DNA of 63,560 nt, the filler included, from Octopus bimaculoides (lineage: Eukaryota): NCBI RefSeq assembly GCF_001194135.2. It is 10 parts of 10 records of this genome, joined end to end, with 100 filler letters (N's around TTAATTAATTAA, not from the genome) between each part and the next. Parts side by side here need not be neighbours in the genome. Positions count along the whole stretch, not along the records: positions 9,678 to 20,618 come from NC_068983.1; positions 20,719 to 26,351 come from NC_069001.1; 8 more parts are not named here. One strand, written 5' to 3'. Each line of letters starts with the position of its first letter. Position 1 is the stretch's first letter. Under the pieces are notes generated by a model. That model saw nothing but the letters and a program-made list of their open reading frames with translations. It was not told the origin of the DNA and did not search any database. This document shows, piece after piece, positions 11,255 through 23,838 of the stretch. A program made the translations under genes and the position numbers.

Positions 11255-12774
11255 TGTGTGTGGGTGTGTATGTGTGTATGCGCGTGTGTATGTATCTATC
11301 TCTGTGTACTAGAAATATTCTAATTCGTCTCATATAATGGATCGTGAATTTGATACATATGGGAATTCCACAAATAAAATATATGGCGAGAGCAAACTAC
11401 TCCAGTGCATAGATACATAGATATATTTATACACTATCAAGAGGAAGATGGAATGCAGGAAAATAAAAACGAAACATTTGATTGTAACAAATGTTGAGTT
11501 TAATTTTTGTTTCGTGTATTTTTCTGGGTTTCAAGTAAATACTACATTATTTCTGCAAATCTGCAATCTTTGCTGACACACTATTTATATATACTTCCGG
11601 CAAATTATGTACATTTCACTGAATAAGAAATAAATAAAATTTTTGCGTGCGATTTACATTCTTCTACATATGGAAAATATATATGAGCTTGTGTGTCTTT
11701 GCATGTGTGTGTGTGTGTGTGTGCGTACTTGTTTGTGTCTTCTAGCACACACAGAATACATATATTCTTATATATACTTTCATGTGTGTGTGTGAGTGTG
11801 TTTGTGTGAGTGTGTGTGTGTGCGTGTGTGTAAGCTGTGTTTAGTATTATATGAAAACAGACAAATCTTATTTCAAGGATCTCTCAATCAGTTGATAATG
11901 TTAAGTAGAATACAGCATTTAATTATTTTTTATGAAATACGTTCCTATATAGTTCGACGTTACACAGAATCCAGAACATTGTAAAATAACAGAAATAATA
12001 AATTGTACTCAATACATGATCTTGGGCTAAATAAATTTGTTTACTTCAACTGAAATTCCGACAAGTATTCGACTTTCCTTATCTACGTTGTTACAGTATT
12101 TAACCATCTTTTAGTTTAAATAAGTACATGCTTACATTGTATGCCACATATGAACTACCATTTTCCTTCTTCTCCAATTTAAATGTCTGTATTTATATGT
12201 ATGTGTATGTATATAAGACTAAGACTCTGTGTGGGTGTGCATGTGTCCTTTTGATATTCATTACTTATAAACACACTCTACAAAACCTCTGAATAAAGTC
12301 GGTGAGATATCTCAAACTCAAAAGTGCATACAATAAAAAACCCTCATCAATGACAAGAAACTAAAGCAAAATGAAATAAAAATGAAAGAAGGGAAGATCG
12401 CGCAGGCACAGGAAAGTGAGGTGTTTCAATTGTTTAATCGTTTGTAGCCAACATGAATTGGAAGAACTTATTCGTCGTTATGGTCTCCTTGAAAATAAAT
12501 CTGCAAATTTGTGACTCCTTTATGTCTCCAGTTTTGGTATATTCTCTCTCTATTTGATAGCTGCCGTTCTGTATATTCATACGAAGATAAGGTGGGTAGA
12601 TTGCTACAGTTTCCTATGCATCAGTATGCATTATAATCGGCTCGTGTCAATTTGTTTCATACTTGTAATATTCGAGTTACTTTTATAAATATCATTGACT
12701 TATTGTACCTACACTAATCACTCAACGCATAGCCCCCCCACACACACACCTGCATATCTACATAATGCCGAGAA

Positions 12775-13870
12775 TATTTGAGGACATATTTTGTAATTTG
12801 ATAGAACATCTCCAATCGAGCAAAAATCAAATGTATTTTCATAAAAAGTTTGTGCAGATACTGTCGATAACATACGTTTACTCTATAAATATGCTTCATC
12901 TTCCATGACAGCAATAACGCGAGACTGGAATTATTGCCAAACCTACACTAATTGGTCCTTATTAACTTTGGACATCACCGAGGTAATGCCAGCCTTCGTT
13001 GAAGCAATGGTAGCGTGAGGATATTGTCTAGTTTCCCTTTGAACAACGCTCTTAACGTAGTAGTCTTTGGGATTGTAATCATGTGAGTTTGAAAGACACA
13101 ATTTTGGTGTTACAGCATCGTAAATATTTTCTAACATCCATACTTGGATTGCGGTGACTGAGTTAGACTGTGCTGAGTTCCATTAACATATGTATGACCT
13201 TGCACTGCGTACAGCAAGCATTCATAGCTTAACAGCAGTCTCATGTGGAGAGATATGAGGTAGCATGACATGACTTTTGCTACTCACCACTCCTAAAACC
13301 ATCTCTGTTACTCAAAACAAACTTAGTGTGCATTAGATTGGGTATATGAGAAAGATCTGGACATAGCCGTTTGTCATATATTCTATTAGAGATTTGGGTC
13401 GTGTCGAATTTTTTGGCAACCGTGAAGAAAATAATGCCATGTTCATGAGGTTTTTAACGTTAATTAACCATTTGGTACGGATCAAATTGTGTTCATGTGT
13501 CCTTGCAGGTAAGAATAATCGTCTTCCCATTGTATACGACACCAGTAGTTCTTGGCGATGCTGTCGTTGATTTTCCTGGATCAACATCGATAGTTTTGAA
13601 ACTCGTGGATGAATTGTGGCGACATTATAGTTTCCGAATATTTGGAATGTTTCTTTATCCTTTCGATACAGTTGAAATAATCTAGCTTGAGGCATCCAGT
13701 TCCACCTGAACTTTGTATCCCAAAAAATCTTGCAAAACCTAGAATGACAGCAATTTCTAAATCGCCATGTTCCAACATAAAGCAACAATGACTGCATGTC
13801 TTCACATTTCTTCTGTTATCAATTTATCTGCCATTGAAGCTACGAAAGAAATAATATGGTTTGATGAGAG
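12775..13870 (-). pseudogene. Degraded Tc1/mariner transposase, maT (DD37D)-like
   Basis: Across frameshifts: RHAVIVAL, YKVQVELDAS, DVDPGKS, AKKFDTTQISNRIYDKRLC (DEKNF-like), TPKLCLSNSHDYNPKDYYV..VVQRETRQYPH, FQSRVIAV. Confidence 0.8.
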
Positions 13871-14279
13871 TAATATACAGAAAACATATGTCCTCAAAAA
13901 CTCTTTGCACTTTGTGAATATGTGTATGTGAGTGTGTGGCAGTGTGTATATGTGTTTATATATATATATATATNNNNNNNNNNNNNNNNNNNNNNNNNNN
14001 NNNNNNNNNNNNNNNNNNNNNNNNNNNNNNNNNNNNNNNNNNNNNNNNNNNNNNNNNNNNNNNNNNNNATGCGTGTGTGTGTGTGTAGTTTATTGATTAA
14101 ATTCTCATATGTTAATTAGAAACTATATTTTACTTGATTATTGATCGAAAGTAACTAATCATAACACGTAATTAGTCTATACATTCAACTTCACTGCGTG
14201 AAAATTATTTATTTATAATTAGTTATCTCTATGTTATAATAGCTAAAAATTTCTCATACATAGACATTTCAAACCTTAC

Positions 14280-14516
14280 ACTGGAGAACATGGTTTTTAT
14301 TGTCTGGTGTTGAAGTAATGTCTACAACACCATTTTTAAAATGAAATGCATTTTGACCTATCACCTCAAGATTTTTCACAAACTCAAAATGACCTTTGTC
14401 CAATATTTCTGGTATTATCACCATTTCTAAGGATAGATTCGACTTCATCAAATGCAGATCCATGCATGTATCTTGACATAACTTTGCATAATTTTGAAAA
14501 CATAATTTTTCATTGT
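14280..14516 (-). CDS. Candidate internal exon of an unidentified protein
   Basis: Pyrimidine tract + TTTAAAAG acceptor, 79 open codons (NEKLCFQNYAKLCQDTCMDLHL...NHVLQ) in AT-rich DNA, GTAAGG donor, phase 1-1. Confidence 0.45.
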
Positions 14517-17344
14517 CTTTTAAAGTAAATGCAATACATATAGAAATAAAAGAAAAAAGTGGAAATAAAAGTTATGATATAAGTACCTTCAGTAACTGAA
14601 AAGCATCAAAATTGAGCGACTTTCACTATTCTCAATCTACCCAGTTTTAAATGTCATGGTAATGACAGAAATATCCTTTATACCATTAGATATAATAAAT
14701 TACACATTTTTTTAGTCGGTGACATCATACATGTTTCATATATATATAGAATTTGCTGTATTTATCTGCATATATGCAAACGTTCTGTCTGATTTTTTTG
14801 TGGCTATCATTGCAAACCAGCTGAGATATGTTTTGTCGAACCTTTAGGACTTAACCATCAGACGTTGTCACCTGAACTTTCCTTTCTGATTTACATATTA
14901 TTTGTTAGCCTCCAAATACTGTGGCTTTGATCATAATCTTTATCATTAGAATAAGAGCCGTTGTTATAAACCTTAATCATGTGGCGTGAAGACACACATA
15001 CACACACACACACACACACTCAAAAGCATATATACATACCTACATATAATCAATAAGTTCCTTTAATTCCTACATATGTTTCAAAATATACGTGCACTCT
15101 ACTCCAAAGAAGTAAAAGGTGCTGGAATTGCACATTAATTCATCGTCAGTGTACCAACATACCAAAGCAAGACATGCGTTAAACGCTAAGGTTGCGCACG
15201 AGTTATAACATTATATAGCTAAGTAAATGACCGTTAGAAACAAGAACGCTGGTTTGCAGGGAGCTATTAAGGGAGAGAGGCTATGAACGCTATACTAAAA
15301 GTTTAAATTAGTGGAGGGCATAATGGACCGGAGTTAAATCCAGAAATCTAAAGTTTAAAAAAATAAATAAAAACCAAGAAACGCGTTGGTATCGAATAAT
15401 TGGTATCGAATAATTCTTAATGTCTTGAGTGGCTGTCTTGATCTCGGTTTCAAAGCATGAGAAGGCACGGTGTTCATGTTGTATTTACATGAATTAGAAA
15501 GTTCATTCGCTCTTTTCGGGACTTCAACTATTGAAGTTAATTAATTGTACTGTAATAGCAAATATAGCAACATTAAGGATTACTGTGGATTTCCCTTTCC
15601 CAGAATTTTTGGAAGGCAGTTCTAACCTTCTAATTAGGAGATGACTGTGATCAGTGGCGTATTTACTAAGTTACCACATTTTACATAATGAATACAATTG
15701 GCATAATTCAATTGAAATACAGCACCACAGTTGTCAAGTTATTCCCTTTCCTTGAGAATAAAACAATCTGAAATTTCACCCAATTGACATCGTAGAATTT
15801 TACACTCTGATGTGTGTGTGTTTGTGTGTATATATGTATGTATATGTATATACATATTTGTGCATGCGTGTGTCTGTGTGTGTATGTGAGTGTGTATGCG
15901 TGCGTATATGTATGCATATGTGTAGAAATGCGTATATACATGAACAGTAACATATCGATAAACATGTTATTGCATGACAACACACATATGCAAACACACA
16001 TTTATGTTGACCTGCTTAGAGACATTAAAGTTTCATGCGCGCCGCCATTCTATCATGCCCAAGTGCAGATGAAATTCGCAAAAATTATTTTGCTTTTCGT
16101 TTGAATTTTTTGTATATAAAACGAATAATTATATAAACAATTTACAATTATGCATTCATGTATATATGGATAGCCAGACAGGGAAGCAGAGAGAGTGAGA
16201 GAGATGCATAATTATTCATGACAACCATTTTTACTAGCAGTACTTCTTGCAGCTGACACAGGAATACAACGTTTTACACGACCCTCTTGACTCTAATTAC
16301 AGAAATTGCACCGATGTGTTACTTAAAATCAATAATCGCTATTTATTTGAAGAAACCGCACTCATAAGAGTTCTCAAATACCGTCAAAATGTTTTAATGC
16401 ATAATAATATAACCTCGATATATCTCAATATGTAACTGTTTGCATTTGTCATTGAGTTCTATGGACGCGCAACAGGGAGTATAGGAAAAATTCGTTTATA
16501 TTATTTTACAGTTTTCATAGTTAGGACTCGAGTGAATTTAAATAAATTAGACCATCGTAAAATACAATATATCTTTGTTTTCTACGATTTAGGCAAGCGG
16601 TGTTTGTGTGCGTTTTGTGTCAATTTTGCTTCCAAACTTTCCAAGACTAATGGTCAACATTGAATTTAATTTGCAGAAACGTCAGATCAAATCTAATGTA
16701 AAGATATGTGTGTGTATGCTGTGCGTGTGTGTGGTTTTGTGTGTTCCCACTCATGTTTACTTCTACACGTGATTGTGTCTCGAGGTGTGTCTGTGTGCAT
16801 TGGCCATCCGTCGCCTCTTGAAGGGTTCCGACTCTTGTTCAGGGCCAGTTGGTCTCAGAACTCTAGGGAGTTACTTGTCATCCTGTTAAGATTTATGGGT
16901 GTAAGCTTTTATTTTCGTCAGGTGAAGGTGAGGAGAGAAAAGGAAAAGTGTGTGTGTAAACTCGCGCGTAGGAGAATGCCATTGCTATATCTGCATATAC
17001 ATACTATCGCAATCATACACAAGCTTCGGGTCAGTCTCACTGCGTGGTACTTTTGGTTAGTGACCTGCACTATAGTCTCTGGCCGACAAAAGCCTTATAA
17101 ATACTGCGGTCGATTGTTTTACCCCTTCATGGCGGTTCCCCAGCATGGGCAGAAACAAATGACTGAATCAAGTAATATACATATATATACACGAGTAGAA
17201 ATATAGGAAAAATAGAAGTGTAGTTTGCACTGAGAATAGTTAAAATATTTTTTATAGATATATTTCAAACTTTAACCGGTATCTCAGTTTACACTAATCT
17301 TCAAAATGTTCAAGTATAAAGACGTGGCTTATGTTGCAACTGTC

Positions 17345-17595
17345 TTGCTTCTGGCTAGTGTTTGAAGTTTGCCCTGCTTTTATATGGAGTTCATTGTTGA
17401 AATTAGTATATGTTTTGAATAGGATTTGATTGGTAGAGGATAGTCACATGACTGGTCTTAGAAACTTAGAAAAAATTCTAAGACCAGTCATGTGACTATC
17501 CTCTACCAATCAAATCCTATTTCAAAACATATACTAATTTGAACCATGAAATCACTATAAAAATAGGGCAAGCTTGAAACGCTAGTCAGAAGCAA
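17345..17595. repeat. Long palindrome (~120-bp arms, 12-nt loop)
   Basis: 17401-17463 pairs with 17476-17539 with a single indel; outer 56 bp pair with 11 mismatches. Confidence 0.9.
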
Positions 17596-17799
17596 CCCAA
17601 CTTGATGAAAGTCGCTTCGGAATTTGTAGGTGTTGATTTCGTTAGAACGTAAGTTAAATGGTTATACACTGTTATTATGTATTGTTGTAGGTTTCCCCGT
17701 GCGGGTGAACCAGGATGAGTTAAAATGTTAAATGTTTGAATTGTTAAACTCTTGAATTTCTGTCGGTGTGTGGGTGCCTGTTTTTGGAAAATTGGTTCT

Positions 17800-19170
17800 T
17801 CCCCATTATGGGTGAAGTGGAAAAAAGAGGAGAAATGGAATTTATCGCAAGTTATGCATCTGCAACCACAAAAGGTATTACGGCCAACCCCCTTGAAGTT
17901 CGTGAGATAAAAATTGACGCAAAGGAATGGAAAGAGGAAACAAATTGTAACAAGAGGAAGGGGCCAGCTTAAAGCTGACCCCACCAGAAGAAGTGACGAA
18001 GAATGTAGCAAGGAAGACTGTTGTGTACCGTACGTTATTAACCGCTACCAAAAAAAATAGAGATTGCTCCGATAGAGGCAATTGAGGAATATCTACGTGA
18101 CGCAAAAGGATCAACCACCTTCTATACACGTGGAAGAAAATACGGAACAGAAGAGCTTAGGTTCTCCAATGAGGAGGACGCTACTAACCGCTCCACTGAG
18201 CGAATAAGAACACAACAGTAGGTGCTACTGCCGATGTACAGTGGCAAACATGTTGCCAGAATGAGAGTCTGCAGAGTACCCCACGAGATCGAAGAGGCAT
18301 CGCTGGTGGAAGCAGTCATGCTTGGAATGGAGGGAGATGCAAGGATTCTGACGATAACCTGAATGAAGGAAGTCAGTTGTTGGGGCTACGGCCTAGAAAT
18401 CACAATTCAAGTTGGCTTAAAATACCTACATGGAATTGTACAAAAGATTCTTCTTCCGGAAGACATTACGCTAAGAGTAGTGGTGGAGGTAAGACCTCTA
18501 ACATGATTTCTATGTAAACAAAAAGGACACAAGAAAGCAACGTGCCCTCAGCAAGAAGTAGAGGAACAACAACGGGAAGAGCAGACAGCCGAAGTTGGAG
18601 GGTCGGAAACAGAGGAAAATGAAGAGGAAACATTTATCGTTGTAAATAAGCGAAAGAGAAAAGAGCGGTTGGGCTCTCCGACAGAGAACCAAAAACAAAA
18701 GGAGGAAATAGAGGAGAAAATAGAGGGGATACAGAGGAACTGGTCCGATATACCAGCAGTAGTATCACAACATAGGGTGGAGGATATAATGGTGGGCGAT
18801 CGTGGTTATGTACAGACGGTGGAAACAAAGGAAACAAAGGAAACAACTAGCCCGGACAGTTCAAGTCTGGGGAATGAACAATTAAATGCCAATAAGAAAA
18901 GGTGGCATGTAGTAACATATTTAAAAAGTACCGCCATCGTGCGGAACATAATGAAGTTTAAAGGTGCCATAAGGATTATATAACCAGCTGAACGTTACTC
19001 GGAACACATAAAGGGAGTGGTGATTGCCAAGGAAAGGTATAAAAGGTTAAAAGAACTGTTAAAAGGTGATGTGAACCCTTTGGGGGAAGAAATTGAATTT
19101 GAAGAACTACCAAAAGTAGTTACATACGAGGAGTTAATGCCTCCAATGAATGGTAATAAAGGAGTACTTT
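17800..19170 (+). pseudogene. Gag/ORF1-like zinc-knuckle retroelement ORF (degraded)
   Basis: One frame from 18127 to about 18700 with few stops: RMRVCRVPHEIEE...LRVVVEVRPLT*FLCKQKGHKKATCP (CX2CX4HX4C with first Cys mutated to TGA), then Glu/Lys-rich; A-rich 3' region follows. Confidence 0.7.
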
Positions 19171-19607
19171 AAAAGACAAAAAAGAAATAGTCTTTTTAAC
19201 AAAGGAGAAAAAGAAAAGAAAAAAGGAAATAGATTTTACTTAAAAAAAACGGGGAAAAGATGTAAAGAGAAAAAAAAAAGAAAATTTTCATAACTTAAAT
19301 TAACAGTAAAAAGGTACTGCTTGAGAAGTGAGGTTCAATGTAACCATTTCATTATTATCGTTTCATTTGTTTTATGTTTTATGTTCCCACAGTAAGTGTT
19401 CTGTCTGACCTTGTGCTATCCCCTCTATATCATGGCCTGGGTACCAAATAAAGAAATTCAGAAGGACGACAGCTGCATCATATGCCATGTATTTGTATTT
19501 TAATTTTTTGAAAATCAGTTTGAATTGTGAAACCGGTTAAAACTTTGAATATATTAATAAAAAATATTGTAACTATTCTCAGTACATTTTCAACTTTTAT
19601 TTTTCCC

Positions 19608-19642
<35 letters not shown>

Positions 19643-19652
19643 NNNNNNNNNN

Positions 19653-19714
<62 letters not shown>

Positions 19715-20242
19715 CTATATATTGTTTGGGTAGTGGCAGAGCTGTTGCGATTCTACTACGTACTATATTTTCTATTCGATATTCGCAACGTCTCATTTAT
19801 GAGAAAATACGTGTCGTAACGGTGAGTCTCTAGGGTGCATAGACAAAATTTCGATACTAATTCTAACCAGGATACCACCATGTTAATCTTTGTCAGACTG
19901 ATACAGTCTAGACGACTGCTCCCTGTCATTATGCTCACATCAGCATTTATTTAATCACTCAACTAAAATAGTCTCCCCAATGTATGTTGTACTCCAATTC
20001 TTATAATCACCCACTATGCATATTATACGGTAAACTACAGCCCAGGTTTTAAGTTAATGCTAGTGTTAAACGTACATGCATATGTTCTTGTCTTATGAGT
20101 ATTTCTTACACAACTGTGATTTAATTGACTTCTGTACATGCCATATGATATTAATATTGAGTTTAGCGACCGCCCAAGACAAGATTATTCGTTTTATTTG
20201 ATATGTAGGTAAAAATCCGTTAGTATAAGTAGAATACATGTA

Positions 20243-20556
20243 GAAATTTATAAACCAAGAAGATAAAATGAACAGGCTTTAATCACAAATCGCAATTGTT
20301 TTTGTACATTGGTAGCAGCTGTCAGTTGCTGATTTGTCTATATCATGCTATTACCTAAAATGTTATATAAACGATCGTTCACACTAAAGTTCTATAAAAA
20401 CCACTCACCTGATGGATCTTATTTATTTATGTAATTGTTTATAGTATAATTTTGTAATAAACACCAGCAGCTAACAGCTGTTACCATTGCACAGAAGCAA
20501 TTATTGTGATTTGTGAGTAAGACCTGTTCATTCCATCTTTGTTATTTTATAAATTT
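20243..20556. mobile_element. Old MITE-like element with ~95-bp inverted arms
   Basis: 20243-20337 vs reverse complement of 20460-20556, about 75-80% identical by eye. Confidence 0.6.
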
Positions 20557-20603
<47 letters not shown>

Positions 20604-20618
20604 GACACACACACACAC

Positions 20619-20718
20619 NNNNNNNNNNNNNNNNNNNNNNNNNNNNNNNNNNNNNNNNNNNNTTAATTAATTAANNNNNNNNNNNNNNNNNNNNNNNNNN
20701 NNNNNNNNNNNNNNNNNN
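20619..20718. other. Artificial scaffold linker
   Basis: 44 N + TTAATTAATTAA + 44 N. Confidence 0.95.
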
Positions 20719-21422
20719 ATATATATATATATATATATATATATAAAGAGAGAGAGAGAGGGGGGACCAGTCAAGCAGCACATCACGCTATAATTCTTGG
20801 GCTGTTGTAGGAAACTAAAGAATGGAGGAATGAGCCTCTGTGTCACAGACCTGGATGAGGAGGAGACTGGAATTAAAAAGTTCTGATTTATCATTTCAGA
20901 TTTTGAAAATTCTTCTAAGCCAAAAATTAAAATGCAAATACAATTACTTTTGAAATTACAGACTTGTATCTTATGATTAAAAAAAAAAAAGGTAAAAAAG
21001 AATACAGTAAATGAAAAAAAGTCCGTCTTCATAAGAACTGCTTCTTTCTCTTCTGCAACCTTTTCCTGACCAAAATCATATCCTTCAATGAATTAAATAC
21101 CAAGAATCCCTTTTCCTATCTGTACTAATTCTCAAGTTAAAAAATATCTCAAAACTATGTGTAGTGCCATGAGTTAGGTGAGCTAAGCAGATTTATAAAC
21201 TACAGGTGAGATATCTTTTATAGGATATCTCTAATATTGATGATTCTCCAAAATACCCAAGACACAGTTATTGGTGCAATTTAAACAGTCTTGAAAGGCA
21301 ATAAGGGTAGAGAATATTACAAACACTGTTATCAGACAACAAGGGTGCATTTAAATTAAACAGCTTCTTGTAGTTCTACAACAGAACTAAATATAATTTA
21401 CCATTAAGTGAATCAAACATAC

Positions 21423-21483
21423 CTTTATCTTTTTCGTTACTCCAGCTATTGCAAAATAATCACTGTCACGATCAAATTCAATA
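21423..21483 (-). CDS. COP1: COP1 E3 ubiquitin ligase exon (start of WD40 region)
   Basis: TTTTTGTTCCAG|T ATT GAA TTT GAT CGT GAC AGT GAT TAT TTT GCA ATA GCT GGA GTA ACG AAA AAG ATA AAG|GTATGT = (S)[20 protein letters not shown]; human COP1 has [20 protein letters not shown]. Confidence 0.95.
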
Positions 21484-21745
21484 CTGGAACAAAAAGAAAA
21501 AGAAAAAAATGTAAATTGAGGACATATACACACAGACAACAGGACTATGAAAATATTTTTAAAAAGGTGTCTTTTTCATGCATCATACATATGTATAAGT
21601 GACTGTATGTGTGTATGTACACACACACTGAATGGTGGTGAAAATGTGTTAGAATATACCTTCAAAGTTACAGGGAGGTTTAAAAAAAAAGGCTTAATAA
21701 TAAAAAAAGTTATTTTACTAAATCCTTTGAAAATCTTGATTTAAA

Positions 21746-22113
21746 GAGAATAAAAAGTTTTGAATGATACAACAAATGCACTATAATACAAAAAATGGAC
21801 TATATACCTGTTGTAATTTAGTTATCTATAGTCCAATGATATTTTGGAATACAATTACTTCTTCAGATATTCTTAGATGGAGTCGGTGCTATAATCTATT
21901 TTCCAACGGCTTTTCTTTTTGCTGAGACGCTTCCGAAACTAAAGAAAAGCCGTTGGAAAACCGATTATAGCAGCGACTCCATCTAAGAATATCTGAAGAT
22001 GGAATTGTATTCCAAAATATCATTGGACTATAGATAACTAAATTACAACAGGTATATAGTCCATTTTTTGTATTATAGTGCATTTGTTGTACCATTCAAA
22101 ACTTTTTATTCTT
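21746..22113. mobile_element. Near-perfect palindromic MITE in a COP1 intron
   Basis: About 170-bp arms around a ~22-nt loop with few mismatches; internally deleted relative at 30633-30838. Confidence 0.85.
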
Positions 22114-23115
22114 TACAANNNNNNNNNNNNNNNNNNNNNNNNNNNNNNNNNNNNNNNNNNNNNNNNNNNNNNNNNNNNNNNNNNNNNNNNNNNNNNNNNN
22201 NNNNNNNNNNNNNNNNNNNNNNNNNNNNNNNNNNNNNNNNNNNNNNNNNNNNNNNNNNNNNNNNNNNNNNNNNNNNNNNNNNNNNNNNNNNNNNNNNNNN
22301 NNNNNNNNNNNNNNNNNNNNNNNNNNNNNNNNNNNNNNNNNNNNNNNNNNNNNNNNNNNNNNNNNNNNNNNNNNNNNNNNNNNNNNNNNNNNNNNNNNNN
22401 NNNNNNNNNNNNNNNNNNNNNNNNNNNNNNNNNNNNNNNNNNNNNNNNNNNNNNNNNNNNNNNNNNNNNNNNNNNNNNNNNNNNNNNNNNNNNNNNNNNN
22501 NNNNNNNNNNNNNNNNNNNNNNNNNNNNNNNNNNNNNNNNNNNNNNNNNNNNNNNNNNNNNNNNNNNNNNNNNNNNNNNNNNNNNNNNNNNNNNNNNNNN
22601 NNNNNNNNNNNNNNNNNNNNNNNNNNNNNNNNNNNNNNNNNNNNNNNNNNNNNNNNNNNNNNNNNNNNNNNNNNNNNNNNNNNNNNNNNNNNNNNNNNNN
22701 NNNNNNNNNNNNNNNNNNNNNNNNNNNNNNNNNNNNNNNNNNNNNNNNNNNNNNNNNNNNNNNNNNNNNNNNNNNNNNNNNNNNNNNNNNNNNNNNNNNN
22801 NNNNNNNNNNNNNNNNNNNNNNNNNNNNNNNNNNNNNNNNNNNNNNNNNNNNNNNNNNNNNNNNNNNNNNNNNNNNNNNNNNNNNNNNNNNNNNNNNNNN
22901 NNNNNNNNNNNNNNNNNNNNNNNNNNNNNNNNNNNNNNNNNNNNNNNNNNNNNNNNNNNNNNNNNNNNNNNNNNNNNNNNNNNNNNNNNNNNNNNNNNNN
23001 NNNNNNNNNNNNNNNNNNNNNNNNNNNNNNNNNNNNNNNNNNNNNNNNNNNNNNNNNNNNNNNNNNNNNNNNNNNNNNNTATATATATATATATATATAT
23101 ATTAAATAGACATAT

Positions 23116-23277
23116 ATACGATGGGCTTCTTTCAGTTTCCGTCTACCAAATCCACTCACAAGGCTTTGGTCGGCCCAAGGCTATAGTAGAAGACACTTGC
23201 CCAAGGTGCCACGCTGTGGGACTGAACCCCGGAACCATGTGGTTGGTAAGCAAGCTACTTACCACACAGCCACTCTA
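23116..23277 (-). mobile_element. SINE family A
   Basis: Homologous to 5-160. Confidence 0.85.
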
Positions 23278-23723
23278 CAGAAATATGGTAACAAAGAGGA
23301 CTAAAGCGATCTAAATTAAAATTTGCCATCAAAATTTCACATTAATTTATGTTCCAAAAACCAGATTAATGAAAAGAAGTTATTTTATTAAACTATTATT
23401 TTCAAAATTAATTAACTATTTAGCATTCAGATTACTCTGTCAAATGTACGGACGTTAAACGATGATGATGATGATGATTCTAAATACCAACTTAATAATA
23501 ACACTGTATTTCAACAGAAATGGTAACAAAAAGGTTAAAATTAAGGTTAATGGTCCAAAAATTATAATTATAAAAAAGTCATTAAAAAAACATTTTCTAA
23601 AGGAAGTTCTTTGAAATTCTCAAAAGTTAGGGCACAATAATAGTAGGAGAGTAACTAAAAGAAGATAATATAAAATAAATAAAAATTGATTAAGAAATAA
23701 GAATTAATTAAAACTGGTCCCAC

Positions 23724-23838
23724 CTTGGCTGGATTCCTTCTGCCTGCATGAAAAATAACACTGTTCTAAATCTTCAAAGTGTTGGCTAACTTTCTTCCTT
23801 CTGGATGCCATCGTTGTTTGAAGATAATGTTTCTCGAT
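23724..23838 (-). CDS. COP1: COP1 exon
   Basis: AACAG|[38 protein letters not shown](G)|GTGGGA; human COP1 has [23 protein letters not shown]. Phase 0 to 1. Confidence 0.93.

Noticed and set aside
20760-21130. Further downstream COP1 exons
   Set aside because: No frame gave the expected VYEY/VFEY...DIHYP peptide; LEEFSKSE similarity does not extend.
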